Below, in pieces: positions 51,543 to 64,000 of a DNA stretch of 64,000 nt. The position numbers and the translations under genes are program-made. Below the pieces are notes generated by a model that searched no databases, was not told the origin of the DNA, and saw only the letters and a program-made list of their open reading frames with translations. Source of the stretch: Chrysomallon squamiferum. Lineage: Eukaryota > Animalia > Mollusca. The DNA lies in NCBI GenBank assembly GCA_012295275.1, contig CM022670.1, positions 9,796,001 to 9,860,000 on the forward strand, given 5' to 3'. Positions within the stretch are counted from its first letter, which is position 1. Each line of letters begins with the position of its first letter.

Positions 51543-52207
51543 AGTTAAGTAGGTAGGTATGTACGTACGTACGTAAGTGTGTATGTGTGTGTCAGTGAAC
51601 GTAAATGTTTGTGTCGTGGTCTGTATGTAATAAGTACGTATGTATGTGTCTGTACGTATGTAGGTAAGTATGCGTGTATGTACGTGTAGGAGCTGAACCT
51701 AAACGCCTGAGATCTTATTATTATTGGCGCGTACCACTTAAATCACAATAAACGAAGAAATGCTCATTATTTTATTTTATTTTACATTTTTTTTTTTTTT
51801 TTTTTTACATGCACGTGTCACGAAAAGAGGACTGTATTTAAAAAAAAAAAAAAAAACAAACAAGGCAATTTGAAATGATTTAGTACGTATCCGGGCGGCA
51901 AGATACTTGGCCCTTCTACGTTGCCTCTTCTCGGGACTGTTGTTTACACTATTATCATGGCTGTTGCTACTCTGCAAAGCAGAAGTGTTTAATATTTACA
52001 TGCAAAGTCGTTCAGATGAGCTGGATCCAACCTTCATTGGTTAAACTACGTAATAATAATGTCGCTAGCAGAGAGATCTAGCGTACAGGACCGATTTATT
52101 TGAGTGACCCCATTATTAAGAGAGTCTGGCTATGATAATAATCCATTAAAGGATTATTTAGATCGCGTCTTAAAGGGTAATCCAACAACTAAAATTAAGT
52201 CCCTTAA

Positions 52208-52247
<40 letters not shown>

Positions 52248-53059
52248 TTATTTATTTATTTATTTGTTTATTTATTATTGCTGTTGTTGTTGTTGTCATG
52301 TGGCCTGTTTGGTGGTAGACAGTTTACTTGAATGAAAAAAAGATTTATTTTTAACTGACTAATAGAAACGTGTGTAAGTACATGCATGCATAATAACATA
52401 TATTAACAGATATAATACTGTGTGTAATATATGTTTGTATTTGTATCTATCTTTCTAACCATCCATCTATGTGCTCCCCTCTTGTGGTACCCGTACCCAG
52501 TACAGCCTTCTTGAAACATAAAAACGTAAAAAAAAAAAAAAAAAAAAAACTATTTTACCATTAACTGATATTCTACTTAAAAAGCTGTTAAAGCATCTAT
52601 TCTAGGTATAAATATATTAATGTGCTTACGGCAACTTTGGAAGTCGTTTCTGAGTTTATAAAGTTCGTGGCTTATCGTTGCGTCATCATGGTCGGCGCAT
52701 CTGCCTTCCGCTTCATGGAAACACGTCCTTGCTTGTCTCACTGTGCTGAAATCATGGAGAAAAAGAAGAGAAAATGATCGAATTCATGAAGGAAGGATTT
52801 AGGTTTCAGGACCTGCTCAACACCTTTTAATATCGAGTCGTACCAGTCGTCGTACCAGTCGTCGTACGTTATTTCGATAAGTATAATTATGAGAGGGAAA
52901 TATTAGTATATAAGATTTCTGAAACCAACCTGCAGATCTCATGGTCATTTTTCGATTTTTGCATACTAACTCGAAACACCTTTTTGCAGTGTAGAATTTT
53001 TTCACAAGGAGTCACTGCCCGGCATATCTCTAGGTTAATAATTCCTATAAATAATAATA

Positions 53060-53091
<32 letters not shown>

Positions 53092-53807
53092 CAACAACAA
53101 CAGCAACAAAGATATGTGTTCTGCAAAGAGGGGGAGAGATAACACATACAAGAGACCCAGAACGTGAACAAGGCTCCGATCTCAAACTCGGACACGTAAT
53201 ATAGAGTTTAAAAAGTTTATTATCATCTCCATCGTCATTATAAGAAAGACAACGAAAACAATAAACGCAATTACAATAACAGCAGTATAATAATAGTTGA
53301 TAAGGCTTATACATCCTAGAATATTTTGTTTGATAAAAATAAAAATAAGCATGTGCAAGTAAAAGGTTAACTTGTTCATGAAACATTTAAAAAATAAATA
53401 AATAAAAAAAATTAAAATCCACCAACCTTTTCCCCCCACCACCCAGTGGTAATCCTCACAAAGAAAATCCCCAAACAATGACATTAATTAATATTTCATA
53501 AAATATAGGATATTTAAAGTTATAAATTTAGTCAAACGAGTGTAATTTAAACTGAAAATTTTATGAAATTAAAGAGAACTTTAAATTATGATATTCATTC
53601 AGTAAGATGTTGAAGTGAGCAATTTAAACAGTATTACTTTCACAGCCATTAATTTTTTAAAGTAAAAATTACTCGCACGCTATAATAATAAAATAATTTC
53701 AGAATTAACGTATTTTTACAATCATATTAGAGCTTAATCCAAAAATTTGTATCAGTAATAGTTTACGTACCCGAAAGAATAACAATTAAGAATATCAGCT
53801 TCATCAT
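51057..53807 (-). CDS. Uncharacterised small secreted GPI-anchor-type 6-Cys protein, paralog B (115 aa)
   Basis: Exons 53807-53771, 53044-52930, 52745-52630, 51136-51057 (phases 1,2,1; GT-AG) give MMKLIFLIVILSGIINLEICRAVTPCEKILHCKKVFRVSMQKSKNDHEICSTVRQARTCFHEAEGRCADHDDATISHELYKLRNDFQSCPNGASSIVIHSMIWTALLFLIILYLV. Same Cys spacing and same 116-nt third exon as paralog A. TATATAAA at about 53885-53878. Confidence 0.85.
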
Positions 53808-54894
53808 GATTCGAACTGAAATGTTTTCAAAGCCTCCCGAAGTTGAATTCTCTGCTTAACTCACAGGATCATAAACGTTTATATACTTGACAGAAGTGAC
53901 AGAATAAAGTTTTCAAAATTATGGAACGCCTTTTAATAATTACTTTATTTTAATTAATTTATGTAAAACATGTATTTAATTTAAATAAATGTAAATATAT
54001 TTGTTTAATTTGAATAAATATTCAAGCTTGTTTTTTGGGGGGTTTTGGGGTTTTTTTTTAACAACTTGTCCTTTAATTATTAATAAGTTGTTTTCATATC
54101 ACGAACATAAATTAATTATTCATAGATGCAAGTTTTTTTTTTCAAGTAGTTCAGTGCAAGAAACGAAATCTACTAAATTTTATAATAAACTAATATTAAA
54201 CTGTTCTGTTTAATTTCATACAGTACACTGCTTTATTATGCAGTATAATACTATACTAAAATATAATATATTAATACTATATCTTCCTATAAAATATTAT
54301 TCGATACAAAAATATACTTTATCTTACTATACAATGCATACTATACTGTAATGTACTCTGCAACATTATAGTATACTATTCCAGGATCGGCGCCAGAAAG
54401 ACAGGATTAGATTCTGGCGCTCCCAGGAAAATATCAAGTTCAAGTTTTGAAAAACAATGCATTTTTAACAAATTGTTTTCAGCATTTGAGCAGAGACCAA
54501 GGGTAATTTAAAAAAAAAAAAAAATACCCTTTTGTGCTCAAATGTCCGGACACCTCAAAAAAACCCACAAAAAAAACAGCACTACTTGATACTATTTTAT
54601 TTGCAAAATTAAGATAAGAATAAACAAACACAAAGACAGACATTAGTGATGAACTAAGAGTATAATCGACAGTTGAACAGACACTCGATACTAATACATC
54701 TGAAATCAAATTTGGCCGAGGGATAAATGCAGACAGAAAGACAATTCAAAATTTCACTTTGCATGCCTTTTTCCTCAGCAAATTATTTTTAACCAATTCA
54801 GCTAAACCAAGTGATTATTTGTGTTACGTATATTTTTCTCTACCTCTCTAATTTATTGATTGATTGATTGATTGATTTATTTACTAGAGATTCC

Positions 54895-54960
54895 ATTAAC
54901 CGAAATACTTGGGACCAGGAGGTTTTCGGATTTCGGATTTTTTCAGAGTTTGGAATATAA
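54895..54960 (+). mobile_element. Fragment of the same Tigger-type MITE family
   Basis: CCGAAATACTTGGGACCAGGAGGTTTTCGGATTTCGGATTTTTTCAGAGTTTGGAATA resembles the reverse complement of 37140-37205. Confidence 0.55.
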
Positions 54961-55109
54961 AGAGAAAGTCTGAGAATATAATCTAATTCTACATACGAAT
55001 TGCATTTATATTCCATTAGCAGCATATACAAATAGCAGGGATGTATATATGTTGCACTGGTTAGAACTGGGATTTTAGGAAATGGGGGTTCCTTACATTG
55101 TTGTTGATA

Positions 55110-55195
<86 letters not shown>

Positions 55196-56471
55196 TGTAT
55201 GTGTCAGTATAATCATACGCCCAAAAGTACTTATTAACTTCATAAGAAATTCGCACTACATTTTTATGAGTCTGTGAACTGGTTCAATAGAAATGCACTG
55301 AATGTTTTATGCTAATCGATGTCAATGTGAATTATATAATCGTTTTATGCTACCCATTTGCATATTTCAACTGTTTAATTAATGAGTTGAATTGAAATTG
55401 TGCAAAATAATGTGGCATGATTAATGCACTCTATATTTAATCAACTCAAATTTGACAAGCAGTTCTCCCACCTTTACTTCCCCATAAATTTACCTCCTGA
55501 AACTCGAACTAATTGATAAAAACCATCAGAGAACGACAGACAGAAAACAGATAAACAAATATATTATATACAACCACAAAACACATACGTTTATACGTTT
55601 ACAACAGATGGATGTAGACAGACATATATGTACGTTTATATTAATGCATGTTATCGTGTTCTTTATACGATATGACGTCATTATTAAATTAATATCTTGT
55701 TTATATATATTACGTACGTTTGTCAGCTACTTCATTTATGTAAGTACTTCAGCCAACAAGTACGTATCTATTCCATAATCCGGCTTACTAAAGTCCTTGT
55801 GTTTGAAAATGTTAGTACAATATAATCTGCTAAAAGTTAAAACAAAATTTCTAGTGCACGTATATGTAATATTTTTAGAATTTAATATAATTTGTTCTTA
55901 TCATATCACTTGTTTTAATTTTATATACACAGACTGTATATCTAAATGGTCATACAGTTCCGTTAAATACAGAACTATATATTTCAAATCTGCATTTCAT
56001 TAAGATAAATTCGTTTACCAAAATGCCTCTGAATCAGCTGTTCGAATGACATATCGGCAATAAGCGATTGGTATACGAAATACTGACAATAAGGATTCGT
56101 ATGTGAAAGATCGATAATGCGCCATTCTTAAATGATTCACATGCGAAAGATCGACAGTCCGAGATTCATGTGAGTCATCAACAACTCGCAATTCATATAC
56201 GAGACGTCGACAGTTTGTTATTCAGCTGCAAGACATCGACAGTACGACATTGAAATGTTAGACATTGATTCGTAAGTAAGATATCGACATGTTGTACGTA
56301 ACTTTCAAAATGAATTATAACAAAGAACAAAATAGCAGTGAAGGAAAAAAAAAAAGAGAAGTATACATGTAGTAGTACGCTTTCTGACATAATTATATCA
56401 CTTTCGCCTTTTCTGTAGCAATGAGTTTTAATTATTTATTGTTACTTCTGTTGTTGTTGTTGTTGTTGCTG

Positions 56472-56522
<51 letters not shown>

Positions 56523-56548
56523 TGCATGTGAATTATATATGCTAAATC

Positions 56549-56613
<65 letters not shown>

Positions 56614-58655
56614 TTAAAGCACATTTATTATTTGTAATTAGAAAGTAAATTACTGAAAGCATTAACATACTTAGGCAGAACAGTCTGGAATGTACCTAAG
56701 GATCAGGTGCATTTACAATGCAGAATAATAAACAAATAAATAAATAAAAATTATTGACAACTGAACCTGCTGTACTACATGTTACAGATTATGCTGTGTG
56801 ATGCAATACAAAAACATTGTACAGATTATAAAAATGTTAATTTTTGAAAGTCATATAATTTTGTCAGTGGGAACCAATATACTTCTCTTTATTTTTTTCT
56901 TCACTGCTATCTGGTTCTTTATTATAATTAATTTTGAAAGTTATGTACAACATAATATTGTTTAAAAAGTCTTATAAAGATTATTATAGCTTTGCACCTA
57001 CATACACTTTTGTTAATGATAACATAAGTAATGTATACAAATTAAACCTGTTTCTAAATTCAAGGATTCCATTAAACGATGGTTAAAATTCAATAGGCTA
57101 ACAATAATTTTGCCGTTCGGTTGTTGTTTTTTTGCACTTGGTTGGATTTGGTTATTTCTTTCTTTAAACTGGTTTTAAAATAATAATAATAATAATGTAT
57201 TGTTAATTCTACAGAAGTAGTGTAAAAGTGTTCTATGCATAATCAGCAGCAATTATAACTTTATTTCGTTTAGCCCGGATGCAGTTTTTGAGTCTCATTT
57301 TAGAATTTCCCCCCGTCCCCGTGCAACCAAAGAATTGATTAAATGATTAAATTGCATTGATGCACTGAGAAACACTAAAACATTAAAAAATATTGAATGG
57401 TAACTGCATTGAAAACAAAATGTAATAATAAATGTAGATGGTAGTAAATGTAATAAATATTTGTAAAAATAATATAAAACAAGAAAAACTGACAGAGAAG
57501 AAGCATTTTATTTAACAATAAATATTAACAGATTAATTATTATTCAATATGTCTTATTAAATATAAAAAATGTATTATTAATAAACTCTTTTATTGTTAA
57601 ATATGATTAAAAATAAGTATTTACTTTAGATATTAATTATGTATTACAAAACGAGCTGCCATTTCTTATGAATCGTTGGGTTGCAAAATCTAATAAATCC
57701 AGTTCTAAAAATATACAATAATAGAAATGAATTAATGTTATTTATATCTTATATGCAATCTTGAAATAAACATGATCAAATTTTGAAAATATTAGTTTGT
57801 ACAAATATTCATAATTCATTTGTTTAGTTTTTTTATGTAGTTAAAATTACCCTAGCTGCCCTAATTTTTAGTTACTTTAGCACACACAGTTTTATTAACA
57901 ATGTCACAATGCTAGTTTATCATGAAATAAAAATTTCTCTCATGCAGAACAAATCTATTACTATTCTTGATAAAGCTTTTAGTAATAGGGTACCTATGCA
58001 AAATATTACACATGTATCACAATTATATGAAAAAACTGCATAAATTGGCAGAAATGACAACTACAACAATTTGATTAGTTTCTTTGATGGAAATGATCTA
58101 ATTCTGAATAGAACACACTATTAATTTTTATAATTTTACATACTTCTAGTCAATGTCTATCAATATTAGTCATATATCTGTCATCAGTTGCAATATCAAA
58201 CACACATCAATTGTCTACTGCAACACCAGACACATTATTATTTTCTGCCACATCATCTTCATGTCTTTCTTCAGCTTCCACAACAGACATACATCTGTCA
58301 TCTGCTGCCATATGATTCACTTGTCTGTCATCTTCTGTCACGTTCATTAACTTGTATGTCATCTAAGACTTTATTAGACATGAATCTTTTATCTGCTGCT
58401 TCATCAGTTATATTTCTGTCCCCTGCTGTTGTATCTTGGAGATGTATTTCATCTATATCAACATCTTTTACCACACGATCAACACCTCTAACATGCTTTT
58501 CTTTCATCTCACTTAATGCCTCTGTAAAACCGGATTTTAACACCATTTCTCCAACAGTTTCTGTTTTATCTTTATTTTTTACATTTCTAATGTCAGCACT
58601 TTTTGTTATGTCGTCTGAATTGACATCATTATTGACTTTTTCCATATCACCCTCT

Positions 58656-58839
58656 TCAAGTTGTTGTTTGGGTGTTATCTCCTCCAACTTTTTTCATTTT
58701 ATCGACGGTTGGTTTGATACTGAACTCTACGATTTCCTTGCTTTTTTCTTGCACTTCTTTATCAGAGACATGTTCAGTCTTTTCAGAATTGTTTTCTCTT
58801 CCACTGTTATCACCATCATCATGTTTAGGTCCTGAAATG

Positions 58840-58872
<33 letters not shown>

Positions 58873-60995
58873 ATAATAAATAAATAAATAAAATAAAATA
58901 AAATAAATAAATAATAACATCAACCCCTTAATTATTTAGCCATATCAGTGAGATTGTTTTATTTAATGTAATAATTAAATTACCTTTTAAAATTCTATCC
59001 CAGGCTATTTTATTCTATTACTATAAGCAAAATAATATCATGAAAAAAATGTGGAAAAACATAATAGTGATCATACATCATCATGTGTCTGTTATACTGT
59101 TATACTTTATTATTATTAAAGATTTATGTTGTTCCAAATACAATATTTTTTAGCAGTTATACAAAACTTTAGCCAAATAATATATAACAGTTTAATTTAA
59201 ATACACATAAACAGATTTGTCTCTTTAACAAAATTTACTTTATTTTTTACTTTGAATTAGTAGAAATTTATTTAACTTAATATTTAAAATGAATACAATT
59301 TTTACCAAAATTAATTTCATGTTCCACATGGTAATATCCAGAAACTGATTTTCTTTTCAACATAGAACATAACTGCAGTTTGGTTACTTCTTGAAATCCA
59401 AAATCAGTTGTTTGGAAATCTCTGTAAAGATCTGGATCAATATTTTTGGCAACTGAAATCAAACAAATACACAACATGGTGTATATATATATATATTCTG
59501 TAAATAAATGTTTATGAAATAAATTGTACACAGAATACAGTGTTAAAAGCATATTTGAAAAGAATGCATCATCCTTAAGTATCGTAACTATTGATAAATC
59601 AGTTCAGGGTGCTAACCGGAATAAAATAAAAATAAAATTTACCTGTAATCTCTCTTAATACATGTATACGTGCAAAGTGGACTGTCAAAACTGTAATCAC
59701 TTGGGACCAACAATACATGACTTTTTAGCCAGAGTGCCAGTTTATAGAAATTAAAATGACATGAAATTGGAATATGTTTTTTTTTGTGTTTTTTTGTGAA
59801 TGTTACAATTAACATCTACTGAATGTCAGCTGAGAAATAGTCTGTAACTGATGTCTGAATTTTTTTTCTTAACATTTCTCCCAAATCAAACTCTTCTGTC
59901 ATGGCCTCCATCTTTAACATCAGTTTCAAAAGTCTGCTTTTAGTAGTAGCATCAACAGATTTAATTTGTTTTATCCTTTTAAGAATGTCTGTGTTTGAAG
60001 GTTTGCTCCTTTTATATATTGTCAATCCATTCAGATTTTTTATCTTGGCTTTGGGATTCGTACAACTGCCAGTAATGGTCACTAAGTTACTGTCCATCTT
60101 CATATTTTAAACTGCACAGACAAGGTTGATGGGGAGGGGAGAAATGTGGGTGAAATACTCATCTTACTTTTAACCCACGGCAAAGTCTAAGTGCCTTCTT
60201 TTTCTTTTTTCTTTTATTTATTCATGATTATTATTATTATTATTATTATTATTATAAATATTATTATAGTTTTAAAAAATATATCACTTGGAAATTGAAG
60301 GTATCGATACATTTTGCATCCAGCCAGCATTATTTCCATCAATTTCTATTTATTAATAAATCACATGACCAACTGCATGAACAGCTGCAAAAAAGCTTTA
60401 GAACATTTGATATGTTGCCATTTTTTAGGTTGCTCTGCCATTACAAATAATTCCATAACACAAAGCAAAATATTCTCCACACGTATGTAGGCAGACTTCT
60501 ACTTTTTACACTAAATCTAAATGAGTTAATTCACTTAGGTTATAACACATACTGATAATAATCTTGTTCATTTAACTGCATATAGTAATTACAAGAAGTA
60601 TGGGATAATAACAAAATATAATATACAATAACAAAATATATAACAGATAAATAACAGATATAGAATAATAAATAACAGATATATAATAACAAAATTAAAC
60701 TCAGATCTGGGATTCAATAGGGTTCTGTTTGTAACAGATTAACAATAGCTTGACTCAACTTTTAAATGGTCCCAGATTAACCAAAAATCAAAGGCCGGTT
60801 TTCACAAAATCACACACACACACAAACACATCCACTGAGCTATAGTGCACTTTAGAATACTGTATTTCTTGTACCTGTCTTTTTGAATTTGAAACTAGCC
60901 CGAGACATCTTCATAATGGTAATATGAGGTTTGAATCCTTTATCATCCACTTGAAAAATTTCTTTTTCATTCATTAGTTCATGAACAGATTCTAT

Positions 60996-61026
<31 letters not shown>

Positions 61027-62018
61027 TTAAATAACAGTAAATTTACATTTATTTTATAACAGATAATTACATCTTAATCTAAGATTTATTTTCATATGGG
61101 CAAAGAGGGCACCTACCAACAATAAACTGTGGATCTTGCCTTTTTAGTCATGGATCCATCTTTTATTGGTATATATGCTCTATAAAAATATATATATTAT
61201 ACATGTGTGTTTTATATAATTTGCTTATTTTAGTCTTGTAATTATATAGCAAACCTTTACTTGTAAACAAGACATCTGACCTAGAATATAAATATGCAAA
61301 GGATATTTATCAGATATTCAAAAGCATTTATAGATATATTAGTAGATATATTGTATGTTACAAATGGAATGTAGCTTGCATATACACATAACTACTTTGT
61401 ATAAATATGAATCAGATTGTGAATGAGAAGTAAGGATAGTTTGTAAGCATAATTCTCAGTTACTAAAACACATGAACAAAAAGAAAACTAAACACTTAAT
61501 AAGATACATACTATTATGAAGAAGATCTACATAACTTTATCTCTATTAGTTTTTTTCTTTATCAAACGTCTACAAATACTTCAGTTTGGTTCTATGTGTA
61601 TATGTTTGTGTCCTCATCAGAACTTTCTAATTACATTATATTAATGGTACATCCAGTAATTATAGTATGCATTTTGTGATTTTGGATATAAATGAATGTG
61701 TGCATGTGTCTTTGTGTGTGTGTGTGTGTGTTTGCATGCTTCCATGCCTGTTATGATACCATAAAAAAAACCTTTCAAATAACAATAACACACACTATAA
61801 TACCTATTACTATGTCAGTATAACCTCACTTGCAATATCTTCCATCTTTTCTAAAGCTTGACCTGGGCTGACTTTAGCAAAAACAACTTGGTTTCTGAAT
61901 GTACCAAGGCCACAAATATTCAGCTCCAGCAGCTCTTTCTCATATCTGCTCTTGAAAATCTCAGCACATTCATCCAGGACCAGACATGTTCTATAAAAAA
62001 AATAAAAAAAAAAATATG

Positions 62019-62080
<62 letters not shown>

Positions 62081-62382
62081 AACACACACATACATATAAA
62101 TCTATCTTATCTATATATTTTGTTTTAATTTTTTTATCCATTTATCTTCTAGACATCATCAACAGAATTTTACTAATTTTCCTAACTATATAATCCCTTA
62201 TTTAACACACAGAGAAACAAAATAGACATAACATTTTAATAACAAATGAAAATAAAAATTACTTTAAAACAGATAAAATCAAATCTGTGTTATCTCTATA
62301 TAAAATTAATGATCATTTTACATTTATTTTTAATCTAAAAAAATAATCTAAAAATAAGACAATAATAGCAACAAAACCTAGG

Positions 62383-62413
<31 letters not shown>

Positions 62414-64000
62414 TGCCTCTCTATATCATCTTTTGAATCTAACCTCATCACCATAACAGTCAAATGAATGGTTGGAATATCAATCATTATTGGCTGAAGT
62501 TCTTCATTTGATTTCAGAATTGATTTCTGAATAGCAGTTAATTTGTCCTTAATCTGCACAATGTACCAAGATTTCTTGTTAATTTAGATTATTTCCAAAA
62601 GCTATTAAATAAATTTTCGTGTTACTTTAACTTAGTTTAAAAAAAAAAAAAAGTTAGATTTTTATATTACTTTAAATTAGTTTGAAAATCACTATATTTA
62701 TTCTCATTTCAGTTTGCTTTACTTTCAAAAATACTACCAGTAAATTAGTTAATATGATTTTTTCTTCATTTAATAAAGTTAGCTTTTATTTTGATATTCA
62801 TCAGTTCCCAAATATAACATAACATCCAAACCCAAGCCAAATTTACCAACAATTTTAGAGTATAATACAACCGAGTATTATTATTATTATTATTATTATA
62901 TATTTTTTCCTAAAACAATCTAGAATTATATGAAAACCAAAAAATGTTTTACAAGTGCATGGGTAAATAACATTATGCTGTAAGTTTTTAGTATATTAAT
63001 AGTAAGAACAATAACTAATAATAATAATTAATAAAAAAATAAATAATAAAAAAATAAATAATAAAAAAATTAACGTAATAAACATTAATATTAATAACAA
63101 TAACAAATAAGAACAGTAACAATAATAATAATAATAAAAAAAATAGTAGTAACAACATTAATTTAACAATAAAAATAATGACGATGACAACAACAATAAT
63201 AAAATAACAGTTATATGTGTAAAAAACAAAATTGCACCTGTGGGTTTGTTATCTGAACAGATATGAAATAATTAGGAAATTTTCTCCTTGGTTTCAGGTC
63301 TTCACTGTCTGCTGCAAACTTTGACTTTGTCTCCTTGTCAACACGATTCTTGTACTTCTGCTTTTCTTTCTTCTTTTTATTCTTGGAAGCTTTAGCAGCT
63401 CTACGCATGCTTTTTTTAAACGCTTGGTCAAACTGGTCTGAAATATTTTGAAATAAGTTAGGAATATTAATATTGCTCAGTTACAAACACACATACATAC
63501 ACGTGTGGGTATTTGAATATATATATACACATGTATTCTTACATTTTGATGTATGAAATCCTGTTATCTTTATGTGAACTAAACAAAACCTGTAATCCAA
63601 TTGGTTTTTTATTTGTCATGGAAAATTACAGATACTATACAAGTGCTGACAGACTGATAAGAGAGCCCCCCCCCACCTTACACAGGGTCTAAAGTCCTTG
63701 TGCAATTTTAGAATTTTATAACAGAACTGATCTGTAAACAGGATAAGAGAAAATAATTTTTGCTTTTTTATAATATATTTAAATGTCTCCATCATTATGG
63801 ATACAAATTGAGATACAGTTCAGAAGTTCTAGAAATGTACTTTTTGGGGGGGTTAATTTTCAGAAAATATTTCTTATTGTTCACCTAGTGACAATACAAA
63901 TAACTGTTGAATACGCTTACCAGAAAATAAAGGTGATATGTCATATACTTCATCATCTATTTCAGCATTGGCAAAGGGCAAATCAAATTCCAAATCTTCT
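58656..64000 (-). CDS. AKAP7: AKAP7 (AKAP18 gamma/delta)-like 2H phosphoesterase, 5'-truncated by the window edge
   Basis: Exons >64000-63921, 63437-63238, 62553-62417 (GC donor), 61990-61830, 60991-60875, 59452-59306, 58831-58656. Motifs DLPFA, a Lys-rich NLS, PNYFISVQITN, two HxT motifs (IHLTV, FKPHITI), GLGTFRNQVVFAK and IDPDLY...LCSMLKRKSVSGYYH, all typical of the AKAP7 central domain. Confidence 0.9.
59675..60110 (-). mobile_element. pogo/Tigger transposase C-terminal remnant within an AKAP7 intron
   Basis: ORF 60103-59816 ends KPSNTDILKRIKQI...LRKKIQTSVTDYF, a C-terminal PIP box typical of pogo-family transposases. A TIR-like AGTGGACTG...AATCACTTGGGACCA lies just downstream at 59676-59709. 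Confidence 0.55.

Noticed and set aside
54390-54420. GCGCCAGAA...TTCTGGCGC hairpin as a possible structured RNA
   Set aside because: Short stem in what looks like a MITE end; no RNA-family features.
54479-54709. Possible third paralog exon (DVLVSSVCSTVDY...)
   Set aside because: It lacks the family Cys spacing, and no compatible partner exons were found in 54-57.5 kb.
58188-58835. 215-aa plus-strand ORF
   Set aside because: Antisense shadow of the acidic AKAP7 terminal exon.

Overview
AT-rich, intron-dense animal genomic DNA. It is probably a lophotrochozoan or mollusc, inferred from gene architecture and repeat style only. Manual splicing of both strands gives six protein-coding genes. (1) First coding exon of a peroxidasin, minus strand, 4857-5053. 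(2) A complete 34-coding-exon RTEL1 Fe-S DEAH helicase, minus strand, 10676-31908, about 1208 aa, ending in a canonical C3HC4 RING. (3) A stathmin gene head-to-head with RTEL1, plus strand, 32937/36467-41039, with two alternative N-termini and four tubulin-binding repeats. (4, 5) A tandem pair of small 4-exon genes almost invisible in the ORF track, minus strand, 43630-47718 and 51057-53807, encoding secreted, GPI-anchor-type proteins with an identical 6-cysteine spacing reminiscent of neuritin/CPG15. (6) The 3' part of an AKAP7-like 2H-phosphoesterase, minus strand, 58656 to beyond 64000, with a GC-AG intron and a frameshifted or decayed repetitive tail. Introns and spacers hold DNA-transposon remnants, short tandem duplications and many microsatellites, which explain most entries in the ORF track.
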